Part shown: positions 14,405 to 26,869 of the stretch, piece by piece
Layout: each line of letters starts with the position of its first letter
Numbering within the stretch: position 1 is the stretch's first letter
Assembly (NCBI RefSeq): GCF_000281045.1
Contig: NW_008246072.1
Location: 761,232 to 825,231, forward strand
Length of the DNA: 64,000 bases
Reading direction: 5' to 3'
Origin: Saprolegnia diclina VS20
Taxonomy: Eukaryota
Position numbers and translations under genes: made by a program
The notes under the pieces: model-generated
The model's input: only the letters and a program-made list of their open reading frames with translations
Database searches by the model: none
What the model was told of the DNA's origin: nothing

Positions 14405-15565
14405 GCTGATCCTCTTCCTTCCTCTTGTACTTGACCGCTCACGAGGGACACTGCGGTCGTAACTGCCGACGGATCGCAAACCTCTGCAATCGCATACCGA
14501 CCGAAGATCCCGCGGCGTATCATTTGATACAGGATTCCGAAATTACCGTGAGCGAGTTTTTATTAACGACAGTCAAATACAGGCCCACGACAGGCTCGTG
14601 GATATTTTAGACACGAAAGCACGAGTGCGCTCTGGTCGGTCAATATATATTGATATGTCATTGAGATTCTTTTTGCATCAGGTTGAGGCACGGCAGAGGT
14701 CGTCGGAGGCGTCGCTCGCCTTCATGCACGTTCGGAGCGATACTGCGAACATGGCTGTGGGCGATTCTGGCAGACATGCAAGAGACTCGCTGCGACTAGG
14801 TGCGCGACACGCCGCTTCAATATATATTCATATTGGCCGTGGACTGGACCCACGCAAATACATCTCGCATTTTATATGCTACGTGCCGGGTCGTCGAATA
14901 TATTGTCTAAAATATATTGCATTGCGCAGGCGGGCTGGAGACGGCACAAAACACGTCGCATCGGACGATGTTTCCTGTCTTTTCCAAGCTTGCAAGCGTG
15001 GGCGCAAGGCTAGTTGCACCCAAACGCCGGCAACAACACTGCATAAAGCTTGGTAGCTCTGTGGGCAAGGAAGCGCACTTGATTGCGCTGGTGCAAGCAT
15101 GCAATAAGCGCCGATTGCGACACGATCCCGACGTTGCAATGCCAGTGGCGTGTTTTTATCCGCGTGCTCATGGCCCTGCGGTAAACGACCTGCGACTGCG
15201 TAAACGTCCAGTGCCATGATCTGATTGGCTAATAAGCCACGTACGTATCACCACCCGTACATTATGTACGACCTATGCAGACTTTCTGTCGGCGCTTCCC
15301 AGCTCTGTCTCCAAGCCCCGCCTCTGGCGTCCCCACCAAGGCGGAAGCTCGACGTTGGTGCGCGTCGCGCCCTCAACACGAGTCTCAGAGGTCTCTACCA
15401 CTCCGCAAGAGGCAGATGCATGCACGCGCGGAACGTACGTAGAGTGGTCCATCGTGTCTATGCGGCGATGAGACGACATTGGTAATTGCACCTTATATTG
15501 AGACGCCATCCGCGGATATTCCGCCAGCCAAAATCGAGTGGCTTCATTTTTGGATTTCCGCCGTA

Positions 15566-17137
15566 ATGGACCAAGTCTCGTGGGGCGCCGAGTGGTGGGC
15601 GGCGAACGGCCGCCCGATCGTTGACGCGTACGCGTCGCATGACATGGGCGCGGTGCTGGCCGCCATTAGTCGCGCGCCGTCGACGTACCTCCAGTACATC
15701 AAGGCGGTGTACGAGCGCAGCCCCGAGCACGTCATCATTGAGACGTTCCTCATCGTCTTCATCTTGTACATCTCGTTCGTCAAGAAGAGCAAGCTGCCCA
15801 AGCAGGCGGCCGACCGCTTGACGCCGGCCGAGATCCAGTCGCTCGTCGACGAGTGGCAGCCCGAGCCGATCGTCGCGCCCATCTCGGACGCCACGATCGC
15901 CGCCGCGACCTACAACCTTGGCATTGTTGAAGACACGCCGGGCACGCACATGAAGCTGCGTGGCATTGCGTCGCCGGTGCTCAACCTTGGTACGATGGAC
16001 TTTCTGGGCATGGCCAACCGCGACGAGATCAAGACGACCGCGCGCAACGCGCTGACCAAGTACGGCTGCGGCTCGTGCGGCCCGCGCGGCTTTTACGGCA
16101 CCATCGACACGCATGAGATTCTGGAGAAGGACATTGCGCACTTTATTGGTACGACCGACTCGATCACGTTCTCGGACATTGAAGCCACTGCGTCGTCGGT
16201 GCTGCCCGCGTTTGCCAAGCGCGGCGATCTCATCATCGTCGACGACGGCGTCAACGACTCGATTCGCACAGGCGTCAACCTCGCGCGCTGCACGACCTTG
16301 TACTACAAGCACAACGACATGGCCGACCTCGAGCGTGTGCTCAAGAGCGTCCGCGACGCCGACAAGAAGGCCGGTCGCCGCTCCGACTGCCAGCGCCGCT
16401 ACATTGTCACCGAAGGCCTCTTCCGCAACTATGGCGACATTTTGCCGCTGCCGCAGGTCGTGGCCCTGGCGCGTGCCTACTACTTCCGCCTCTTTGTCGA
16501 CGAATCCTTCTCGTTTGGCGTCCTCGGCGCGACCGGCAAGGGCGTCACCGAGCACTTCAACCTCCCGATCGACTCGATCGACATCATTTGCGGCTCGCTC
16601 TGCACGTCGCTCGCTGGCGTCGGCGGCTTTAGCACGGGCTCGCAGCATGTTGTCGACTACCAGCGCATCAACAGTGCGGGCTACGTCTTCTCGGCCTCGG
16701 CCCCGCCGTACACGTCGGCTGTCTGCTCGGAAGCCATCCGCCTCCTCAAGAACGAACCGTCGCTCGTGGCGCAGCTCAAGGCGAACGCGCAGGCGGCCCA
16801 CGCCGCGCTCCGTGCGTCGTCACTGCTGACGGTGCTCAGCGATCCCGAGTCGCCCGTGCTGCACGCCACGACCGCCAACGCGCCGTTGACCCAGGCGCAG
16901 GCGGCTGCGATCGTCCAGGCGTGCTTGGCCAAGGGCGTCGCGGTCGTTGCTGGCGACCACAAGCCGACGCCGCTCAAGACCGCCGCGTTCTCGACTATCC
17001 GCTTGACGGTCAACGCGCAGCACTCGGCCGAGCACATTGCGACCGCTTGCCGCGTCGTGGTGGACGCCATTGCAGCGCACGCGCCGGCGGCGTCGACCGC
17101 CGCCACGACAAACGATGGCCTGCGTAGACGTAAATAA
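15566..17137 (+). CDS. SPTLC1: serine palmitoyltransferase subunit 1 (LCB1)
   Basis: EWQPEP, KYGCGSCGPRGFYGTID and DESFSFGVLG; lacks the PLP lysine (GSLCTSL) as expected for LCB1; N-terminal TM segment. Confidence 0.92.
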   Translation: MDQVSWGAEWWAANGRPIVDAYASHDMGAVLAAISRAPSTYLQYIKAVYERSPEHVIIETFLIVFILYISFVKKSKLPKQAADRLTPAEIQSLVDEWQPEPIVAPISDATIAAATYNLGIVEDTPGTHMKLRGIASPVLNLGTMDFLGMANRDEIKTTARNALTKYGCGSCGPRGFYGTIDTHEILEKDIAHFIGTTDSITFSDIEATASSVLPAFAKRGDLIIVDDGVNDSIRTGVNLARCTTLYYKHNDMADLERVLKSVRDADKKAGRRSDCQRRYIVTEGLFRNYGDILPLPQVVALARAYYFRLFVDESFSFGVLGATGKGVTEHFNLPIDSIDIICGSLCTSLAGVGGFSTGSQHVVDYQRINSAGYVFSASAPPYTSAVCSEAIRLLKNEPSLVAQLKANAQAAHAALRASSLLTVLSDPESPVLHATTANAPLTQAQAAAIVQACLAKGVAVVAGDHKPTPLKTAAFSTIRLTVNAQHSAEHIATACRVVVDAIAAHAPAASTAATTNDGLRRRK

Positions 17138-17702
17138 ATTAGCTCTTAGCCCTTTTCTTAGGCTCGTTGGTATCCCGCCGGCTGCACGGTGCTACTTGCT
17201 TTGCACGTGCACTCGCAGTAACCGCCAAAGCGTCTAGCGTGTGTTGCAGCTTCCACGGTAGTGAATACCTCGCGCTGGAGGGCCGACACACATCTCCTGA
17301 CAAGGACGCGTCTGGACATTAGTCGTCTCTTGGCCCTCTCGGTATTATGAAGCTGTCGGCTTGTCCTTGGGCTGTAATGTTATGGTGGCCTCTGCGCTGA
17401 CACTGAGCCCGGATGCGTAACTACGTGCAGAGATACTCAATCTCGTCGGCGCGGCTTCGTTTGCGAGGTTGTCGCCCAAGCTTATAGATCGCATCGCACA
17501 TGTAGCTACACATCACATCATCTCGCTCTCTCGAGCGTCCATATAGGGAGAGTAAAGAGGCGAGTTGCCGCCGCCTGCAGCCGGGCACTGGCCTCAGCGC
17601 TGGCCTTTCTTACGCCGGTTTCACCACGGTCGAATGGCACTGCGTTCCGCGCGCGTTCCATCTCTGCACGTGCCGAGTCGCATCTCGCTGCCTCATTCTG
17701 CA

Positions 17703-20700
17703 ATGCCAGCCCCGTCGGCCATGTCCGGCGGACCCCGCGCCGCTCTCGGCGTCGGTCTTCTCGCCGCGCTCCTCTTGCTCGAGCGCAATATCTACGTGCC
17801 ACCGACGCCAGCAGCCGTATCGTCTCTGTCCTCAATGACCGTCGCGTCGCGAGATGCCCATTGCCCCATCTTGCACGTGAAGACGGTCACCGAGTGGCAC
17901 GCCGGGCACCGCGTGCATCTCTCTGCGTCGTCGCCGCTTTGGTCCGTGACGCTGGTCGTCGACAACTGGCGGCGCGTCTCGTCGTCTTGGAACGCCGACG
18001 CGCGGATGCGGTCGCCGACCACGATCGACGTGGCACTACGCAATGCGTCCACGAGCGAGTTTGCCCTTGTAATGGAAAAGGCAATGTGGGAAAGGCCATC
18101 AAGCATCCTCTCGGCGAACGTGACGACCGCCGACGGCACGCACTGCGCGTACAATCTGCCGCGCCAGATCAGCGTCGGTTTCTACCGCCGCCTCGGCGAG
18201 CCCAACGCTTCGTACGCGCCGTGTTCGCGCATGGCGAGCAAGCCGATCGCACTCGGGTTTGGCCACACGTGTGCGATCAACGGCTCCAACCAACTCTCGT
18301 GCTGGGGCCTCAACAGCTACGGCCAAGCGACGCCACCGGCCAACGCGTTCATCCAAGTCGCAGCGTACGACTACCACACGTGTGCGCTCTCGGAATTCGG
18401 CTACCCCTCGTGCTGGGGCGCGGCGTACACGCAGTACAACAACTACTCGTATGTGCCGGTGGTGCTGCCGGCGACGACGTCGATGGCGACGATCTCGGCC
18501 GGCGGCCTCCACGGGTGCTCGACGGCCCTGAACGGCACGGTGTTTTGCTGGGGCGCCAACGACCTCGGGCAGGCGTCGCCGCCCGCAGGCCGCTTCCAGC
18601 ACGCGTCGGCCGGCTTCCGGCACACGTGTGGCATCACGTTTCCGGACGGGAAGCTCGTGTGCTGGGGCAGCAACGACTATGGCGAAGCGACGACGCCGGC
18701 GGGCAACGACCAGTATGTACAAGTCATGTGCGGCAACCAGTACACGTGCGCGCTCACGAGTGCCAATGTTGCTCGGTGCTGGGGCCTCGACAACCCGAAC
18801 CTCAACTTTACAATGGTACGAGCATCCTCGAGCAATAAGAAGTCATTTCTTATTGCACTAGGTACCGGACGGGCTCTTTTTTTCGTTTGTCGGCGTCTCC
18901 AAAACTGGCAGCTTTAGCTGTGGCCTCTTGCTCAACGGATCGGCCACGTGCTGGGGCGACCCCGTCGCGTACCGAGGTCTCTACAACTTTGCGGTCTCGC
19001 CGCCGACGTACCCAACGTTCACATCGCTTGCGCTCGGGCAGCGTAACGTCTGCGGCACGACGGCGCAAGGCACCATCTTTTGCTACGGCGCGGGGGCGGC
19101 CACCCCCCCGGTATCGTTTGTCGCCAAGCAAAGCGGGTACTGCTACCGCCCGCTCACCTACGGCGCGGGCCCGTCGTGGCTCACGGACGGCTCGACCAAC
19201 GATACTTGGCTCAACACAAGCTACGTCGGGAGCAATATCGACAGTTCCAGCGGCAGTGGCAGCGGCGAGAGCAACGACACGCGCCCCACACTGGTCCTCA
19301 ACATCTCGTCGTATGCGTACAAGAAGCTCGATGCGTCGGGCAGTCAGTACGGGTGCGGCATTGACGAGACGGGCCAAGGCCACTGCTGGGGCGCGACCGT
19401 GCTCAGCGGCAGCGCGCGCGCGGTCACCGGCGCGGTCGACATTGCAGTCTCGATGGTGCAGCAAATCATGTGCGCGCTCACGCTCGCGCGCAAAGCCTCT
19501 TGCTACGCGACGCTGATTGACGGCGGCGGCCAGTTTACCGGCAACGCGTTCGTGTCGCCCCGCGACGACTTTGTCATGCTCTCGTCCAAAGGCATTCACA
19601 TCTGCGGCTTGAAGGGCAACGCGCACATCAAATGCTGGGGCTTCAACAACGACGGACAGCTCGTCGTACCCGACCTCTCGTATCTCTACGTCTCGGCCGG
19701 CGGGTACCATACGTGTGCGATCACGACCAAGTACGAAGTGGCGTGTTGGGGCCGCGACAACTACGGCCAAGTCAGTGGCATGCCGCTCAGCACCAAGTAC
19801 CGGTACGTCTCGAGCGGCTACGAACACACCTGCGCGATTCGCATCGACGACTCGGTCGACTGCTGGGGCGACAACAGTCGTGGCGAGACGAACGCGCCGA
19901 CCGGCGTCCTCTTTTTGCAGATCGACACGGGCTGGCAGCACACGTGCGGCGTCACAAAGGCGTGGACGCTGCGCTGCTGGGGCAACAACGACTTTGGCCA
20001 AGCGACACCGCCACCCGGGCTCTACTACCACGTCTCGGCAGGTCGGACGCACTCGTGTGCAACAAGTACGTCGGGCGTCATGACGTGCTGGGGCGACAAG
20101 GCCGCCAAGCTCTCGATTCCCGCGCTTTTGCAACCCTTTAGCAATGTCGCCACCGCCGAGTACGTCCGCCAGCTCCAAGCCAACAACTCGCTCACGCGCA
20201 TGACGTGCTCGACGCTCGGGTGGGGCATTGCGTTGAGCACGAATCTGTGCGCATCGACGTCCGTCTTTCGTGGCTGTCCGAGCGTCTCGTCGTACCCGGC
20301 GGCGCTCGCGCGCTGCCAAGGTACACGCCTTGGCCTTTCTCTCCGCGGTCTAACTTCATGTACCTTAGTGATTGGCGGACGCCTACCGACGGCAGCCGAG
20401 GTCCAAGCCGGCCTTCTCGCGGTCGATGTGTGTCAGTCAGTTAACAACCCGGTGTGGACAACGACGGCGTGCATTCTCGGCACGTCGGTGCAAGGGCGCA
20501 TCACGGTCATCGCGTCGCCGCCATCGAGCAACCCGCTGATTCCGACGCCGCCGACGCTCACGTGCACGCCCACGTCGACACCGTCGATGCCCGTGTGCAT
20601 TTCGGAGCGAGGTCACCTTCTTTCTTAGGTCGTCTGCTATTCTCACAGCTGCATTTGGTAGAGTTTACAGCGTGCAGCCTCGGCAGTCGCTGCTCGCAGG

Positions 20701-23700
20701 CGTGTGTGTCGCTCACCAACTCGCAGTACGCGTGCACGTGCGATGACGGCTTTAGCCTCACGGGCGACGGCGCGACGTGCGCCCCCGTGAATGCGCCGCG
20801 GTCGTCCAAGACGTGCAAGCAGCTCGGGTGGACCAAGCAGTACAAAAGCACGTGTGCACCATCGACGGCGTGCTTGGCAGCGGCGACCTACATGGACGCC
20901 GCGCAGGCGTGTGCGGCGCTCGGCGCTCGGCTCCCGAGACGCTCGGAAGTCGTCGGTATCGCCGCCTTCCCGACGCAGTGCGGCACGTCGGCGTTCTGGA
21001 CGTCCACCAAGTGTGCGGCTGGCATCGCGCCCGGCGTGATCACCACCAACACGGCGACCGAAACATGCACGAATGCGACCGCGACCGCCCGTATCGTCTG
21101 CGTCGCCGACCCCGGTACACTTTGCTACTTGACACATTGATACGATGGAGAAAATTGGTTAGATATCAACGAGTGCGCGCTGGGCCTTGCGTCGTGCACG
21201 TCCCAGTGTTGGAACGTCGAGGGGTCTTATACGTGCACGTGTCCCAACAACGAGACGCTGCTCAACACGGGCACGGGGGCCAACGTCTGCGTCGAGTCGC
21301 CGACGCCAATGCCGCTGTCGACAAGCACGTGCGGCGCGCTCGGGTGGACTCCGCTCACGGGCAACACCATTTGCACCAGCAGCCAAAGCAAGCCAAAGAC
21401 GACGACCCAACGCCGCCTCAAGGCCGCCGTAGAAACGTGCCCGGATACGATGTCGTACGGCGACGCGGCGAGCTTTTGCGCGACGCAGGGCGGGCGGCTC
21501 CCGACGCTCGATGAGATTGCGATGAACCTCCAGCTGCTCACGCGCAATAGCGTCTGCGGCATCAACCAGCCGAGCCAGCTCATCTGGAGCACGTCGCCGT
21601 GCTCGCGCGACCAGACGCCAACGATCGGCGTCGCGGCTACGAACGCCCAGCTGCTCTCGACGACCGCCATGGATACGATTTGTCTTCCGATGACCAATGT
21701 CACTGCATTCCCCGTGTGCGTCGCCGACATGATTGTCGGTACGTCCTCGATTGCGAAGGACCGACTTGATACACTGAAACAATCCTTCTAGTCGGCTCGT
21801 GCGCGTCGGGCACCAACCTCTGCTCGTGGGGCTGCGCCGACGTCAACGCTGGCTACCGCTGCATTTGCGACCTCGGCCACGTGCTCGGGAACGACAGCGC
21901 GACGTGCATCAACGGTTCGCAGCCAGTCTCGACGCTGACCGCGGACGGGTTTCCCAACCCGTGGGCGCCGGCGGGTGCAACGGTGGTCGCGGCGCGGTCG
22001 TACGGCTTGACGGGGCCGAGTCCGAGCAACACGAACGACTGCGCCGGCGTCGTCTCGTACGCAGCCGCCACTGCGCTCTGTCAGCGGGCCGGTGCGCGCC
22101 TTCCGACGTCCGACGAGCTCGCGGCCGATGTCGCGCTCGGCTCGGGATGTCAGCTGGACTACGCGACGGTGTGGAGCGCCACACCATGCTTCCTTGCAAA
22201 TGGCTCGACTGGGGTGATTGCGACCTCCGGGTCCAAGCTCGGGCTTCAAGCGAACCCCGCGTCGTGCGTCGACGCGGCCACCATGCTCGCCAACGTCCGC
22301 TGCGTCAAAGACCCCAGTAGCAACAAATGTGCGTCGTCCCCCTGCAGCCAGCTCTGCTTCAACCAAAACTATGGCTACGCATGTGCATGCAACCCGGGGT
22401 TTACCCTCGCGCTTGACGGCGTCAGCTGCAATCCAGCGCCGGTGCTGCCGTCGCTCAAGACGTGCCGCGACTTGGGCTGGACGCAGTTTGGCGTCGCCAG
22501 TGGCACGTGCACGCGCGCGATCGCAAGCTGCCCAACACCAACGATGCAAACCATGGACGAGGCCAGCACGATATGCAGCAGCCGCGGCGCCCGCCTTCCG
22601 ACGCTACCCGAGGTCCAACTGGGGCTTGTGCTCGCGTCGACTTGCGGCTCACAGCGCATCTGGACGTCGACAGCCTGTGCGCTCTTCCCACCGACATCGT
22701 CCGGCACCGCGATCGCTCCCAAGTCGCTGCTCGGGTCGCTCACACTCACGTCGGCGGCACCGGCCGTCGTCGTCTGCGCGGCCAGTACCGACAAGCTCAT
22801 GACGCAGTGCATTGCAGACGCGCGCGACAACCTGTGTGCGTCGATCAACGGCACGAGCCTCTGTCCGAGTGACCAGCAGTGCGTCATCAGCGACAATGGC
22901 ACCTCGTCCTGCGCGTGCGCGACCGGCACCAATATGGACAGCACTGGTGCGTGCGTCCCGTTCAGCCCGCTCTCCACTTCGACGTGCAAGAACCTCTGCT
23001 GGCAAACGACAGCCGCATCGCCCGTTTGCTCGGCGCGGCGCATCGGGGCGCCCATGATTTCCATTCCCGATACGAGCCTCTCGGCCTGCGCGCTCACGTG
23101 GCTGCGGCAGTGCGCCCCGCCCGTCACGGCGGCGTTGGCGCCCAATGCGTGCGCGCAACTCGGGTCCCGCCTCCCGACACTCACCGAAGTCCGCGCCGGG
23201 CTTCCGTCGCCTGTGAGCACTTGCAACGGCTTCACATACCAGCGCGTCTGGACGTCCAGCGCATGCATGGACCGCGCGAGTATGACACCCGGCGTTATTG
23301 CGAGCGGCGTTGGCGCCTGGCCCACGTCGTCGCCGCGCGAGGTGTGCGTCACGAGCAACGAGACGGTGGGCCCGGTCCAGTGCGTGGCCGACGTCTACGA
23401 GAATGCGTGCACGAGCGGGATGCACACGTGCCAGCAAGTTTGTCTGCCGAGCGGCGCGTCGTCGTATGGGTGCGCGTGCCACGACCAGTACCAGCTCGGA
23501 CCGGACGGTGGCTCGTGCGCGCCCATGCTGCCGCCCGTGAGCCTCGTCTCGTGCGCTGCGCTGGGCTGGACCAACGTGCAGCAAAAGACCTTGTGTGCCA
23601 ACGGTCGCGTCAACGTCACGTACGTGAACGACCAAGGACAACTGGTGCGCCACACGCAGCCGTACGTCAAGACAGCCATGGCGTGTCCGACGTCGCTTGT

Positions 23701-23974
23701 GAGCTACAACGACGCCTTTGCGCTCTGCGCAACGCTCCAAGCGCGCTTGCCGACGCTCGATGAAGTGCTCTCGGACAAGGCGATAGGCGCGGGCTGCGGC
23801 ACCGACACGACGCGGGTCTGGACGAGCACGCCGTGCAGCATCATGGGGGGCAGTGCGCTGACATACATTTCGCTTGCAGGCGCGTCGCGCTACTTGCTCC
23901 TATACCCGCAGCAGTGCACGCAAAGTACGCAGCTGGCAGCGGTCAAGTGCGTCGCCAATGTCAACGTCAAGTGA
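17703..23974 (+). CDS. large secreted/type II surface protein: RCC1/BLIP-II repeats followed by 7 C-type-lectin-like modules alternating with EGF-like modules; multi-exon
   Basis: hydrophobic N-terminus (AALGVGLLAALLLL); repeated SAGxxHTC...CWGxNxxGQ; repeated S/TCxxLGW...GARLPT..E...WTSTxC...C(V)AD; EGF-like CxCxxG(F/Y)xLxxDGxxC. Confidence 0.8.
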
Positions 23975-24471
23975 AAAAAACACTTTTGAACATGAGCAAA
24001 TTGTCTTGTCGAGATGCGATTCGTAGCAGCATCCGCAGTGAGCATCGCACGAGGTATCCGCGTCGTACCAACGCATGAGTCAACGCAAAACCATTTGGCA
24101 TTTGGTGGGGGGCCTTCACCCCCGATGGCTGTAGCTGGGGGCTCTCCTTGGGCCACTGGGAACGTCCAGGCCGGAGACGATGGCAGCACACGGCAGCTCT
24201 AAGGATCCACGCAAGTACCAACGCGCGCAACTGGCTCAGTTTGAGGGAGCCGCAGGCTGAAGAAACGCGCTTCACACCACTGCTACTCTGCCTTCATGAC
24301 CTGCAAGGGACAAGGACCACGTAAGGACATGGTATGGGATTCCTCACAGCTCGTCGGCCAAGTACTCGTATTGACGATTGGTTGTCAACTAATGCGTCAA
24401 CTAAACCACGGATGTCTCTGCGTGGCGCCACAAGAGAGAAAAGTATCAATCTATCAGCAACTTGATACATT

Positions 24472-26457
24472 TCACAGCCACGTGGCCGCGTCGTTGTTGA
24501 CTTGCGCGACAAGGTCCGATGTGCAAGCGGCGGGCGTGGCAAATTTGATCGTGTACACGCACGTCGAGAGTTCGTCGACCGACAAAATCTGGTCTTTCGA
24601 TCCACATTCCAGCACGAGTTGCACCGAACTAGAATCGCAACGAGTCAGAACGAATCTGGCATAGTTGAACGAACCGGTGGGGACCGTTCCAGCATTTTTC
24701 GCCGTCTTCAAACGACATGATGGGCGGCGACGTCGAGCTCCAACGCTTCCAGCTCCCGAGACGCACGCTGTCTTGGGTGGCTTCGCCAAATGGACAGATC
24801 GTGTAGTGGTATTTCTAGTCCAAAATCTGGTGAGAAATAGTAACGAATCGCGTCATGTACCTCGAATTGGGCCACGGCACACACGCCCTTGAGGATCTGG
24901 TACCCTGCGTCGGGCCCTGACTCTTCGGTGAAGACCCGTTCCAGTCGGTCGATTTCCTAGTCCCATTTTTGATCGTCCAAACCACATATTTCAGATCTGA
25001 AACGCACTTGGTCGATCGCTTGCATGTCGGTCTCGAGGTCGGTCAGAATCGAGCGCAAGCTCTCGGCTTCTGGGAGCACGACACTGCGGTCCAGCGTCGG
25101 GCTATCGACAATATGACTTTCTCCATCTCGAGAGTATTACGAACAAGAAGGTTTCCCAAATCACATCGACGGGGGCGTCCCAGACCGTGCTCAGCACATA
25201 CGACGCATAGTAGCGCCACCAAAAGAGCCGTCCTTGCGAAAGTCGGCGCAGAAACAACGACTTGTGGTAGCGCCAGTCTAGATCCAGTAATTGCACAAAC
25301 CCATGCCACTAACCAGAGTTCCAGCTCAGACCAAACCAATCCACCAGTCGTACCGGATCGAGGAGCGCGTGGGGCGTCACGACGTTGAGAAGGCGAAACC
25401 ACGTCGACGTCGCCAGCGTCAGCACCTCGTAGACGCCACGCACTGGCGACAGCAGTAGCCCGATGCCCTGGAGGCCGTATGTGATAAAGCGCGCGCGGTC
25501 GGCCGCATTGCCGTTGAAGAGCGGCCCGAGGAAGTCTTCCTTTTGGCGCTGGTACACCGACCGCATCGGGATCCTACACGCATATGTCATTGATGGTGGT
25601 GACGTGGCAGCAGGACGTACCGTTTCGCTTGGTCGAGGACTTCGTGCATGTAGGCTGCGAGCGTCGTCTACATCATATGTTATTGATACTACACGGCCAA
25701 AGCATGGGGGCATATATACCTGTCGGCCATCGAGCCGCTGGACGACGAGTGAGAGCTTGGACTTGGCATCCGCATGCTTGAGCGCGACAGTGGTGTCGGC
25801 GGCTTCGGCTGCGCTATCAGCTACCGGCGCCTCGTCCTCGATAACGTCGCTGTCGTTGTCGTCATTGGTGGTGCTATCGGCAGCGCACTGCCCGGTCTTT
25901 TGCTTGGCCGACTCGATGCGCATGGCGTACTCGGTGCGCTCTTCGCGGTCCTTGAAGACGGTGACCTTGAGGCGGAGCTGCCGGAGCTCCTCCTTGAGCG
26001 CCTTCTTGGCGAGAATCTCGTGCTCCTTTGCAATCGCTGCTTGCGCTAGCGCATTCAGGCGCGTTTGACGCTCGGCAAAGCCTTGGAGGACGACGTCGCG
26101 ATGTGCTTGCACCGCCGCCCGCTTGGCATCAATCTCGGCGTCGCACGCGTCGACGCAGACACCAACCGCTTCGTCCGAGCCGTCGCAGCAGTCGCACACA
26201 CCGTCGCCGACCTGACTCGTGTGGATGCGCATCGGAAGCAGACCGCGGTTGTGGCAGTCGTGCGCTGCCGAGAGCACATGCGAGCACGCGGCCGTGTGCG
26301 GCTCGTCGCGGCCGTCGGCGCAGTCGCAAAAGTCGTCGTTCATGAGCTCGGGCACCAGCGGCAGGAGGTCGCCACTCACAGCGCTAATGCACGCGTCCTG
26401 CGCCGCCATCGCGATCGCCGCCATCGCCAGCACCGAGACGAGCCGCGTCGACACCAT
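24472..26457 (-). CDS. glucosidase II beta subunit-like (PRKCSH-like) protein, multi-exon
   Basis: signal peptide; NDDFCDCADGRDEPHTAACS and VGDGVCDCCDGSDE; C-terminal MRH-like LECG..ILSVDELSTCVYTIKFATPAAC. Confidence 0.85.
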
Positions 26458-26869
26458 CACAGTCCGTCAAACTCTGTGCCATCGCTGCAGAAAGTACGGA
26501 CGCACCCAATTAAGTGCGATCTGGTCCAACCCGCTGACCAAGATGGCCGCAGACAGCAGACGACAAGATGGCGGCAGAGCCGATCAGCTGATGCGAAGAC
26601 GATCCCTCGCCATCGACCTTGGGGATTGCACTGCTGATGCACTGCTGGCGTGATCGGAGGCGTGGTCAGGTAACATCGCCGAGTGGCGTGGCGCCCCCAG
26701 AACGTGCCACGTGTGCGCCACCATCTCGCAGTCGCCAACAATGCCCACTGACTGAGCTACGACTTGATTTGCCCCACTACTTGCGATCGGCACACCCTAG
26801 TACGCAACTCAACTAGAAATATAAACGTGTTTCAAGATATATAGTGGGTACTCGACGCCGACAAAGAAC

